NCBI GenBank assembly: GCA_000004985.1
Contig: GG738859.1
Reading direction: 5' to 3' (one strand)
Origin: Naegleria gruberi
Lineage: Eukaryota
Length of the DNA: 64,000 bases
In this document: positions 41,927-52,273 of the stretch, piece after piece
Numbering within the stretch: position 1 is the first letter of the stretch
Layout: each line of letters starts with the position of its first letter
Program-made: the position numbers and the translations under genes
The notes under the pieces: generated by a model
The model's input: the letters and a program-made list of their open reading frames with translations, nothing else
Told to the model about the DNA's origin: nothing
The model's database searches: none

Positions 41927-43312
41927 TTATTCACAAGCAATCTTATTATCAAAGGAAGAAATAGCTATCGAGAAGGCTTGAAGGGCAGTAAGTGGATATT
42001 TAAAGTCAATATTGAATCTATCTTCATCAACCTTACCAAATTGGAGGAAAACCTTGTTTGGATTATTTGGTTCAACAAGTTGGAAGTTTTTGACAGAGGC
42101 CATTGTAACTCTACCATTAAAATTCAAAACATAGGCCTTCAATCTTTCATTCCACACAGGGAATTTGTTCTTGAGAACTTTAAGGTGATGCCAGTCACCA
42201 GTTTTGAATTTAGAAATCAGAGAAGTGCCATTATCAGGGAATTGATATTGTTCTCCATCTTCATTAGCATCTGGAACGACGAGAGTGAATTTTCTTGGTC
42301 CCTTACTTCCAAATAAATTGGTTTCATATACAACTGAGGCCAGATTGGTTCTCAAGTGAGCTCCAGGTTTCAACTTTGATGCCTTTTCACCGTTATCAAA
42401 TAATTGGAATTCAGTTCCCAAAAAGTTACTTCTCAATTTTCCGATAAATGAATCGCTGCTTCTACTAATATCCTCCTTGCTTAGGGAGAGACAATAATTT
42501 GATGATTTGTTTGCTTTTCTCTTCTTACCTGAAAGGAGGAAGGTTGATCCTCGTTCTGCGTACAGATAGTATCTTGGGAATACCTTATTCATCTTGGATG
42601 TATCTCTGAGAATGTAGCATCTTACCCATTCGTTGCGATTTGGGGGAGGTTTACTAACAAAACTCTTAATATCCTTAATATTTAAACCTGCTACACTTTC
42701 AAAATCTTCTTCATTTTCTTGTTCGTTAAGAGTTCTGCCAGAGGCAGATTGTGGTCGTTCTTCTTGGATTTTTGGTGGTTTCATTTGTGGTTCAGATAAT
42801 GGATTAAATGTGTGGGTAATGCCTCTATCTCTCAAGTCTCTCTCGAGTGCAGCAGCACTTGTTGGTCTACTTCCTTGTTGTGATGAAGATCTAATTTGTT
42901 GTTGTTGTGGTTGTGCCTTATAACCCTCATCAACATCATCAATTTCATCTTCAAGGGCACGTCCTCCAAAATTTTCACCAGAACCTGTTGATCCTAATGA
43001 AGAGCTGAGAGAACTTGGCGTATTAATTGATTGTTGTCCTGAAACTGGTCTCGACCCTATCGATGAAGAAGTTGTGGTAGATCCAGAACGATAACCACGA
43101 GAACTGATTGGTCTGGATGATTGAATCATATTCATACCTCTACTACCTTGTTTTGTTGTTCTTTCAGCAGCTTGTCTCATAATATCAAATTTTGCCTTCA
43201 TAACCTTATCTTGAGAGTTGTTGCCTAACACTCCAGGAAGAGCATCATCAAAACTGTCAAGAACATCGGCATCAGTTCTTGGCTTATCGTCTCCAATGTA
43301 AAATAAGGACAT
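41927..43312 (-). CDS. Tubby-like protein (C-terminal Tub domain)
   Basis: 461 aa. The N-terminal half is disordered and S/Q-rich. The C-terminal Tub domain carries WVRCYILRD, FLLSGKKRKANKSSNYCLS, GKLRSNFLGTEFQLFDNG and the ending FQLVEPNNPNKVFLQFGKVDEDRFNIDFKYPLTALQAFSIAISSFDNKIACE. Confidence 0.9.
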   Translation of the reverse strand: MSLFYIGDDKPRTDADVLDSFDDALPGVLGNNSQDKVMKAKFDIMRQAAERTTKQGSRGMNMIQSSRPISSRGYRSGSTTTSSSIGSRPVSGQQSINTPSSLSSSLGSTGSGENFGGRALEDEIDDVDEGYKAQPQQQQIRSSSQQGSRPTSAAALERDLRDRGITHTFNPLSEPQMKPPKIQEERPQSASGRTLNEQENEEDFESVAGLNIKDIKSFVSKPPPNRNEWVRCYILRDTSKMNKVFPRYYLYAERGSTFLLSGKKRKANKSSNYCLSLSKEDISRSSDSFIGKLRSNFLGTEFQLFDNGEKASKLKPGAHLRTNLASVVYETNLFGSKGPRKFTLVVPDANEDGEQYQFPDNGTSLISKFKTGDWHHLKVLKNKFPVWNERLKAYVLNFNGRVTMASVKNFQLVEPNNPNKVFLQFGKVDEDRFNIDFKYPLTALQAFSIAISSFDNKIACE

Positions 43313-43781
43313 TGTACTGTAGTGAGTTGGGAAAACTTATCAAAAATAACGACGGGTCTATTGAGGCAAAAGCGAATATATTTATTCCTCAAGAGCAGCA
43401 AGGAATTAGTTTTTGCGTTTTTTTTGAAAGTATTATTTTTGTATAAAACAACTTGGCGCCTACTTGTAACGTTTTGCATAATCATAGTTCGAGCTGTTAG
43501 TTTGCGCGCCATTTCTTAATTGGAAGTGAGGTCCAATCTTTGTTGCCATTGCATATTCCCTTGCATGTATGAAAGGAAATGAGAGATATTACAATTTTTA
43601 CATTTGTTGATGGATAGTTAAAAGCTTGAGATGTAGTCATGCCAATGAAAAAGAAAGATACTAAGCATTATCAGTTTAGCATCTTTTGTAGTTTGGCAAT
43701 AGATTTTTACAATAATCAACGATGAATAAAGAGGTGAGTATTGGCCAACATCTGTTTAATATTTATTTAATATGTTTGCAG

Positions 43782-44384
43782 TTAATGTTGTTTGAAAAGC
43801 AACTTTCTAACAGCACATTGAGTTGGGCAGGCAGTACATGGACAGGACAATAAATTGGTCAAGAATTGATTTTCATTCTTTGTCTTTTCAAAATCTCTTG
43901 ATCTCTTAATTTGTCTGCTGTACATTTCCAAATGTTCTCTAATGGATTGAGTAACAGCATCAGTGTTGGTGGTGGATTTCAATGACATGGCTTGCAACAA
44001 TGGTTGACTCTTTTCTTCAATAACCTTTGAAACCATATTTCTCAATTCAACATGATGTTGAGCACATTCACTAGTTTTACAAGTCCAATCAACTGAATCA
44101 ACAATGGTGTTCAATGTTTGGATTTCATCTCTTTGGTCAATGGTAGATTGCTCAACGGATGCCAAGAAGGCACAACATGGCAAACAGGCAGTGCATGGAG
44201 GACCAGTTGTCTTGACTTTGGATGGGAGGGTAGTATTGCCATGCATGTGGTTGTACATGAGCTTGACCATTGCAGGAGCGAACAAGACGTTATCATTGCA
44301 CATTGGAGGACCACATGCAGCATTGATTTGTTGACAAGCAAGAATACAAACAACAAGACAGATCAAGGAAAGGATTCTCTTCAT
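43782..44384 (-). CDS. secreted Cys-rich protein with internal repeat (PPCTACLPCCA / CPCTACPTQCA), unknown function
   Basis: 200 aa with an N-terminal signal peptide (MKRILSLICLVVCILAC). There are 16 or more Cys. A duplicated C-T-A-C motif lies near the middle and the C-terminus. Confidence 0.55.
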   Translation of the reverse strand: MKRILSLICLVVCILACQQINAACGPPMCNDNVLFAPAMVKLMYNHMHGNTTLPSKVKTTGPPCTACLPCCAFLASVEQSTIDQRDEIQTLNTIVDSVDWTCKTSECAQHHVELRNMVSKVIEEKSQPLLQAMSLKSTTNTDAVTQSIREHLEMYSRQIKRSRDFEKTKNENQFLTNLLSCPCTACPTQCAVRKLLFKQH

Positions 44385-44550
44385 TTTTTTTCGTTATTTA
44401 TCCTCAGATCCCACGCAGTTTGCCCTTTATTTTTCCACCAATCATGTTGAATCTCCTAGGAGTTTCATTACAAAAATATAATCGAATCATTGAGCTGTGG
44501 CATTTACCAATCTTTTTGACAGGTTACTTTTCGAATTGTTTTTGAAGCTA

Positions 44551-45752
44551 TTACAAAAAAATGTCTTCAAAACAAAAAGGTTTGTCTTTTTCACTTGTGG
44601 CAGCTTGATCATGAAGTAGTAGAATTCTCACTCTCCGAAGATGAAATGGATGAGCATTTAAATGAAAATTCCTCTTTAGAACCTCCATCAAAGAAAGTGA
44701 AATTATCTTCATTTCTATCCGAATTTATGGATAAACTGGAAGAAAATAACATATTGCAACGTAAAATTCTCCAAACTCTGCAAGAAAACAATGAATTACA
44801 ATCTAAAATTCTTAACAAACTAACTGTAAAAAAGGTTTCTTCAATTGCAAAAGCAGCTGATTCGTCTGATTCATCTGAAGAAAAGAAGAAACCAAAAACC
44901 ACAAAAAAACCATCCAAACAATCCGATGATGAATTGTGTATAACATACGAAGGAAGCTCCTCTCAATCCATTTTCGTTAGGAAAGATCTTCTCAAAGGTC
45001 CTGTTTTGAAAGCAGCAGTCTCTGGAAATTTCCTGGAAGAATCCACATTCACACTTCCAAGTGAATCTATCAAACTCTCAAATATTAACAAATCCATGAA
45101 ACAATTGAAGAAATTCTTCCACAATGAAAAACTTGACAAGATTAATGAAGAGGTGAAACGTGACATGATTAGCTTGGCAGATTTCCTCGTGTTGCCAGAG
45201 CTTAAATTGGAGCTGTTGAAAATTCAAATTAATGAAATTCCAAATCTCAAATTTGAAACTCCAAAAAAGAGTAACAAGAAGAAGACATGGATTCCATACA
45301 CTGCAGATACTGAAAAGAAAATTAAAAACTTTGCAGAAGTTCAAAGCAAGATCGAAGAAATTTGCAGATCTCTCACATTTATTTTATCAGAAATTGAAAG
45401 TACTGAAATTCTTCAAGTGTTGGAAAGCTTTAGTGAATTTTTAATGAGTGTTGAAGTGTTGCCAGTGATTAGTGAATATGCATGGAAATACACATTCAAA
45501 GTGAGACCTGTCATATTATTGGAAGGTTGTACCTCATTGGATCATTTGAAGAGATATTTCATTGAGGAGTGGATTGATGACGAAGATTGTGAATTGGACA
45601 TGGATAAAATTAAACTGATTGTGGAATCAATGGAGAATGTTGAATTGCAGAACAAAGTTGAATCCATTATCAATGCTTGTATTAAGGAGAATGATACTGA
45701 AGTATCGAATGATGGCAGTGAAAGTGAGGAATTTGATTATGTCAGTGAATAG
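44551..45752 (+). CDS. acidic protein, unknown function; 5' structure uncertain
   Basis: The ORF 44595..45752 (385 aa) is E/D/K-rich with a coiled-coil N-terminal part. A candidate first exon ATGTCTTCAAAACAAAAAG (ATG 44551) can be joined in frame through a 37-nt GT..AG intron. Alternatively translation starts at the internal MDEHLNEN. Confidence 0.45.
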
Positions 45753-45824
45753 TAAACATAACAACCTCCTTTAGTTTTTCATCACACAAAATTTCAATTA
45801 CATATTACTCTGAAGAGCTTCCAG

Positions 45825-45968
45825 AGTTCAAAAATTGCTCCCCACTCCCGTTAGAGAGTGGTAAGCGGGGTAATTGGGACAGTTTGCAATCAGCAATCAC
45901 GTGTTTCACTTTGACGATCAATAACAACGCGAAGTCCCTGGACAAGAACTGTTTTTTCATAAGAAGAG
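45825..45968 (+). ncRNA. second candidate small structured RNA (GC-rich island ending in T6)
   Basis: There is a perfect hairpin CCACTC-ccgttaga-GAGTGG. The sequence GGTAAGCGGGGTAATTGGGAC follows. The motif GAAGTCCCTGGAC resembles the RNase MRP/P CR-I box GAAAGUCCCCGGAC. A TTTTTT run lies at about 45963-45968. A TATA-like TACATATTA is about 28 bp upstream. Confidence 0.2.
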
Positions 45969-46813
45969 TTCGAACTGAATATATGAAGCTCATTAATAAT
46001 GAAAAATCAATTGTAAATATTATGGGATGAAAAATGATGCACAAATAAAAATATTTGAACATGTAGCATTGGTAAGGCATTGTGAAGAGCAGATAAACTC
46101 CCTTATGATTGAATCATAATCTTGTGGAATGATGCATCATTCTATGTTTTGTTAACATTTCAATTATTTCCAAGAATATGATAAATCCTTTTTTTCGATG
46201 ATTCCTGACAAATTCACTCAAATAGATAGTTGGACCTTTTATTTGGTTGGAACACAAAATGGTCTAATTGCTTCAAGACTTTAACATGAAATATTGTCAT
46301 CTATGCAACATCTTCCCAATATTCATTATCATTTACAAATAATTTCACTGAACATTAAACTTCGAACATGATTCTCACAAGAAGGAAATTCTTGAATGAG
46401 AAGTAAATTTTCAATAGTTTTTCTGTTTACAATCAACACAGGGCAAAAACAACCATAACGCAACTACCACAAATATCACCCATCAATAGTCATCAAACAA
46501 TTTTTGTCAAAATCGACTATCTTTGAGTCCTTCTTTCCATTCGCAACCAACATTCGAATAAGAGTTGTGAAACAACTTTGCATTCTTTCCTAACCATCAG
46601 AAAAATTGTCAAGATAATTGTTACTCTCACTTGTTGTTCCTTACCCAACAGTTTCGTCTTGAAACAATAATTTAGTAGAATCGAATAATACAAGTTAGAT
46701 CTCTCTTCCATAAAATTTTATCGTCGTCATCATTGACAATAATCTAAAGAAAATTGATAACCCAACTTCCTAAATAATTTTCTCTCAGAAACACACTTTG
46801 TTCTAATAACAAA

Positions 46814-48766
46814 ATGTCATCGGTTGAATCTTCGACATCACCTACATCAAGTACTCCAGGCATCACTTCCACCACATCATCATCAACAACAAACACTACC
46901 AATAATAATAATAATACAAATGGAGTTTATAATTTCTATGGAAATAATCAGAATATTAAAATTCAACACTACTTTAACTATTCAACCATCATGAGGGATA
47001 GGGAGGCCTGTAGTTCATTTCTCGACTATTTGACCAATGTTACTCATTGTGATGAGAATTTACTCTTCCTTCTCCACTTGGATAATATTAAATTTATGAA
47101 AACCGTTCCAATTATGATGGAACAGACACAGGTTGTGATAGATACCTATGTGAAATTGGAATCTAGCAAGGAATTGAATATAACAGATAAGATTAGAAGT
47201 TCTGTGATTCAACAATATGAAGAGTTGAAAAGTTTATTTCCCAATGGTGATTTTAAAAGTAATCATGACATGACACAAGAATTTATCCAAGGAAAAATTC
47301 AACAAATTTTCAATGAATTGGTTGTACAAATCAATTTACAGTTGAAACAAGATAGTTTCGAATCATATCTTTCCTCAGAAGTATTCGAAAAGTTTATTAT
47401 TAAAAAGATACGAGACAAGATGCAACATCAACAAGAAAAGGAAAAACATCAAGAAAAACAGAAAAAGAAACGAGCTTCTTCTCTCTTTCCAGCAAGTCCT
47501 AATACTTTTGATATGGATAATTATAGTTTTAGAGATAGTGATGCAGCTGATGGATATAACATGTATGAAGATGCTGATTCAAGTAGTGGACTTGGAGCCA
47601 ATTTAATGAAACGATTTGTAGGTGGACTATTGAAAGGTGGTGCTGCTCTTCAACAGGCTGTCAATAATCATACAAATTCTTCATCTACTTATAATGTGAG
47701 TGCTAGTGGATCTTTTGATGATGTTTCCTCCACTTCCTCAAATTCATTGACCAATTCAACAGATAATTTGAGTTGTAACAGTGCAGTTACAACTTCAACA
47801 ACAACAACAACTAGCTCTACACCAAATAATAATAACTGTTCAGAGAGTGACGATCAACATGTAGGCAATTTTCACATCAAACATCATCGTATAAAATCCC
47901 TCTCCAATCAACAACCTCAGGAAAATGCCAATGATACAGTTGAAATTATGAAGAATATTATTCAGGACTTGTACAAACAACTCATTCAGAAAGATCAGGA
48001 AATTAAGAAACTTCACGATGCAATCAAACAACATACCCAATTGATGGGACTTGGAGGTGAGAGAAAGTCTAAACCTCTCCCAACAGCTCCAATGTCTCCT
48101 CAACCTGGATCTCATTCTCATCACACCAATACATCGACCCTACTGTCTGAACAATTGACATCCCCTAGAAAAGTTCCAAAACCTCTCCCTTCCACCCACA
48201 GTAGAATGTCCCTCAATGCCGAACAATCAAAGGATATTAAGAATATGAATTTTAATCCAACCAACAATAGCTCCGTAGCCACTCCATCTCACGAACATTC
48301 TAAATCCCTACATCAACTCTACTCGAATCCAAGTTCAAATTCTACTGGCAATACTAGTAATGGAAGATTTGTAACAAGTGCTGCTAAGAATCTTACACTC
48401 TCCACGAGTAGTGCAACTCCACAACAGAACAGTGCAGTAAAGAAGGATGTTTCCACTCCAACAAGTACCAATAATAAGGAAGAAACAAGTGGATCTCCAC
48501 TCATTCGTCGTCAAACAACTCAGACACTCATTGTAGGAAATAAGAAACTTGATAGCTCTGATCCCAATACACCATCATCACCATCAAAAACAAAGAAAGT
48601 TCTCGATATTTCCTCTTCGAGTGAAAATCTCAAAGATGACAGCAAGTTACCAATCACACAAAGATTACAATTCTTTGAAAAACTCAATGCTGCCTCTTCA
48701 CCAACAAATAGTCCACCAAAAGATTCTACTATTAAGAGATTTTCTCAAACTGTATCCAATAAGTAA
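46814..48766 (+). CDS. RGS (regulator of G-protein signalling) domain protein with long Ser/Thr/Asn-rich C-terminus
   Basis: 650 aa. After an N/T-rich leader there is an RGS-like ~120-aa domain (IMRDREACSSFLDYLTNVTHCDENLLFLLHLDNIKFMKT...VIDTYVKLESSKELNIT...SYLSSEVFEKF). The rest is low complexity. Confidence 0.6.
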   Translation: MSSVESSTSPTSSTPGITSTTSSSTTNTTNNNNNTNGVYNFYGNNQNIKIQHYFNYSTIMRDREACSSFLDYLTNVTHCDENLLFLLHLDNIKFMKTVPIMMEQTQVVIDTYVKLESSKELNITDKIRSSVIQQYEELKSLFPNGDFKSNHDMTQEFIQGKIQQIFNELVVQINLQLKQDSFESYLSSEVFEKFIIKKIRDKMQHQQEKEKHQEKQKKKRASSLFPASPNTFDMDNYSFRDSDAADGYNMYEDADSSSGLGANLMKRFVGGLLKGGAALQQAVNNHTNSSSTYNVSASGSFDDVSSTSSNSLTNSTDNLSCNSAVTTSTTTTTSSTPNNNNCSESDDQHVGNFHIKHHRIKSLSNQQPQENANDTVEIMKNIIQDLYKQLIQKDQEIKKLHDAIKQHTQLMGLGGERKSKPLPTAPMSPQPGSHSHHTNTSTLLSEQLTSPRKVPKPLPSTHSRMSLNAEQSKDIKNMNFNPTNNSSVATPSHEHSKSLHQLYSNPSSNSTGNTSNGRFVTSAAKNLTLSTSSATPQQNSAVKKDVSTPTSTNNKEETSGSPLIRRQTTQTLIVGNKKLDSSDPNTPSSPSKTKKVLDISSSSENLKDDSKLPITQRLQFFEKLNAASSPTNSPPKDSTIKRFSQTVSNK

Positions 48767-49062
48767 TACTACTGAAATAACTTCCAATAACTCATTTATT
48801 ATATCGAGAGAAAGATGCATGCCCTACCATGTATGTCAATTATATTGTAAATAATTGTGTGTGCTTAATAAAACAGGTTCACTCTTCATCAATTGCTTAT
48901 TCATATTCTTCACTACCATTTCATCATTAATAATTTTGCAATCATCAAGTAATTCTCTCGAATAATACCCATCATGTTGACCCTAATTTCTTCCTAAATC
49001 ATGAAGAAAAAACTGAATGAAAACAAAATTTAAAAAAATAAAAATTTGAATTTTAAAAAAAA

Positions 49063-50172
49063 ATGTTGTCCAGAACCTTTCAACACACAAGACGTGTTCG
49101 TCCATCTAAAGTCTTGTCCATTCAACAACGCTCCTACAAGACACACCAATTTGAAAATGACGAACTTAACTTGAGTGAAGAAAACCAACATCAACTCACT
49201 AGAGCTTTGAGAACAATGAGAAACGAGGAGAGAAAACTCTACCAAGAAGCCAAGAAGGTTAAAGATACAACAGAACAATATAAAAACGCTAAAGTTGAAT
49301 TAGATGAAAACGGAAAATTCACCATGGAGTTACCAAAGGAAAAGGGAATTACCTTTGATGAGTATATTCAAGTTGTACAAGAAAAATCATCAGGTTATCC
49401 TTGGGTTCTTGGACCAAAAATCCGTCAAGCACTTCACCACGTCGAACAGGGAGCTGCTGAATCTTATACTCCTCTCCTCAAATATCGTCAAGAAGATTTA
49501 CGTGTTTATCAAGTTGCTAAGAAATTGCATACCATGTGGCAAGAAAGCGACTCGGAAAAGCCAATTACATATGATGATATTGAATTTGCCTTCAACTTGT
49601 ACAAAGTACATTGCGAAAATATGAAAATGATGAAGAGTGAATACTCTCTTGAATATACCAAGTTGATGAAGGTTCTCATTAATATTGTTTTGGTAAACAG
49701 AGAATATTGCAAGGTTGCCAAACAAGTTCTCAATGAATCAACAAAGAAATACAAGAAGGATATTTCATCAATTGAATCGGCAATTGAATCTAAATTGAAG
49801 GAATATGAATCAACTCAAAGTAATCAAGACAAACTTTTAATGCTCAGACTCTCCTCATACACCATTCAATCTATTTCTAAATTAGACTCTGATTTGGATG
49901 CTTATGAAAATATGGTTGTCCAATGTGTGAAATTGATGTATCCAGAAAGATGTATTATCTATGATTTGGACCTTTGTAAAAAACTTCTTTACATTTGCCG
50001 TACTACAACAGCTTCTTCCCTTTTGGAAAAGAGAAAGGAAATTATGGATGTTTCCTCAGTTCACTATGATAGAGAAAAACTCTTCCAACAAGCTATTGTC
50101 ATTTGTAAGGAATCTGAACAAGACTCTAAGATTCTTTCTCATCCATACGAATTGGAAAGACCAATTTTATAA
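49063..50172 (+). CDS. hypothetical protein with mitochondrial-presequence-like N-terminus
   Basis: 369 aa. The N-terminus is Arg/Ser-rich and amphipathic (MLSRTFQHTRRVRPSKVLSIQQRSYKT). The remainder is alpha-helical with no recognised domain. Confidence 0.5.
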   Translation: MLSRTFQHTRRVRPSKVLSIQQRSYKTHQFENDELNLSEENQHQLTRALRTMRNEERKLYQEAKKVKDTTEQYKNAKVELDENGKFTMELPKEKGITFDEYIQVVQEKSSGYPWVLGPKIRQALHHVEQGAAESYTPLLKYRQEDLRVYQVAKKLHTMWQESDSEKPITYDDIEFAFNLYKVHCENMKMMKSEYSLEYTKLMKVLINIVLVNREYCKVAKQVLNESTKKYKKDISSIESAIESKLKEYESTQSNQDKLLMLRLSSYTIQSISKLDSDLDAYENMVVQCVKLMYPERCIIYDLDLCKKLLYICRTTTASSLLEKRKEIMDVSSVHYDREKLFQQAIVICKESEQDSKILSHPYELERPIL

Positions 50173-50323
50173 TCGATTCATTTTGGAAAATTAAATTAAT
50201 TTGTTTTATTGAATAATAACAGAGACATTTTTGGTTTACTCTTAGTTTTGTTGTTATCTTAGTTGGTTACTGTACACTATATATAAATTAATCGTTGTTG
50301 GGAGAGGGATGGTGGTTATTGAA

Positions 50324-52145
50324 TTACTCAACCTTATTAATTACAATTTCACCAAATGGTTCGCTTTGGCTTACATCAATGAGACCCTTACTCTTAAGGA
50401 CCAAAGTTTCATAAAAACATCTTGCAGCAGTTTGTCTCTTTTTACCCTTCAACATTTCTGTTAAACTCAAAGAATCTGAATCAGCTTGTTTGAAACCTTC
50501 TTCTAACATGGACAAAACCTTAACAGTTCTATCAGTAACACCAGCGGCTGAAGGAGCACCACGTGCTTGTGAAGGTGTTGAAGCTCTTTCTCTCAATTCT
50601 TGCTCAATTCTATTTCTATCTTCAATGATTTGTTTCTTTTGTTGATCAGTGAGAGGAGTGGCACTCTTCTTTTTCTTAGCTGTGGAAATTAACATATCCT
50701 CAATATCTTCATCAATTAAAATATCGGCAGCAATTGGACTCAATTCTCCTGGACCAAGAGTAGTTCTTCCTCTGATACCAGTTGTTGGTTGTTCGAATGG
50801 TTCTGTTGGAGCAATATCCAAATCAGCATCCAAACCACCAATTTCAGTTGGCATTTCCATAGGTGTAATTCCAGGTGTAACAAAGACAACTCCAGGAGTG
50901 GAAGCAGCTTGTTCTCTCAATTGTTCTCTATCTCTTTCTTCTTCAGTGAGTGGCTTCTTATCCTTTGCATTTACTCTATCAATGGCTGTGGAGAAGAAAT
51001 CAATAAATCCAATTGGAAGATCCATTCCAAATGGTGTTTGTTTCCAAATATCCTTAGAAACACCTCTTTGGGCATGTCTTTCAAATTCTTCTCTTGTTGC
51101 TGGAGCATTTCCTCTTTCTGTAATTAATTCTGCTGGAGTTTTCTTCATTCTCTTTGTATAATAACCTTTAGAATAATTTGCAGGTTCATCAAAGATTAGT
51201 TTACCTGGTTTTCTCTTTCTCTTCTTGGTTGGTTGTTCTTCTTCCTCTTCTTCTTCTCCAACAGTTGGAGTTGATATTACAGGTTCTACAAGACCTGGAG
51301 TGGTAATTAGACCTTGATCAAATCCTGTGAAACCAATGTCACCAACATCAATACCACCTAATTCTCCCATTGGAGAACCTGGAACACCAGGTGTTGTGAC
51401 ATCGAATGGTAGAATATCTTGAATATCAACACCACCTTCGAATACTTTATCGGTACCAATAGTTGTGATACCTCCAGATGTGTGAATACCAGTACCACTT
51501 TGAGCAGCTCTTACACCTTCAATAGAGGTTGGTGTAGTTGTTGTTGGTGTTGTAGCAATCATGTCATCAATTTTTCCTTCCAATGAGGTCTAGAAACAAT
51601 TTCATTTAACATTTAGAAACATTACTCCAATAATACTATTAAAATCACACACTTACTGGTTCGAATGATTCTTCAGTGGTCCAAGCAGCAAAATCTATCA
51701 ATGTAATATCTTTAATATTGCTTTGCCAATTATCTCCAAGTTCCAAAGTGATGGCAGCAGCATTAGGAAGAAGAAGCAAATCCAAATCACTAACTTCAGG
51801 AAGTGTAATTTGATTCTTGGTAGCTGTTGTGTGTTGAGCTGGCATGTTAATATTTTCATCGGTAACATCCTTTGTCTTGGCTTGAAGTTTGATCTTGGTA
51901 AGAGTTTCATTACATTCGGCCAAAACATATTTTACTTTTCTAGAGTAAATCTTGACTACACCCAACAACAAGTGACCATTGGTTCTCAAGGCGATAGGAA
52001 TGGTAGGATCAACAATGCTCTTTACCGATTTTTCCAAATTTAAACCAGCAATAGCTTGCTTGTTCAACTTTTTATCCCAATGCGCGGCCAGCCAAACTTT
52101 TGCTAGAGGACCCTTCTTGGTGAGGATAAATTCAGAGTAGAACAT
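50324..52145 (-). CDS. RAD21: cohesin kleisin subunit Rad21/Scc1 (Rec8 family)
   Basis: Two exons: 51657..52145 and 50324..51589. The intron 51590..51656 is 67 nt (GTAAGT...TTCTAG). The N-terminal Rad21/Rec8 domain is MFYSEFILTKKGPLAKVWLAAHWDKKLNKQ...HLLLGVVKIYSRKVKYVLAECNETLTKIK. The C-terminal winged-helix domain is RQTAARCFYETLVLKSKGLIDVSQSEPFGEIVI. Confidence 0.85.
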
Positions 52146-52273
52146 TTTTTTTTAACTTTGAAAGATGAGAAATATATTAGTTTTTGGCGGGAAGTTTATT
52201 TTTGCCAGTGTTTTAATGAATAAAATTTTTTGAATGTGTGGAGAGTTTGTATTTATTTACAGTATTTGCAGTA

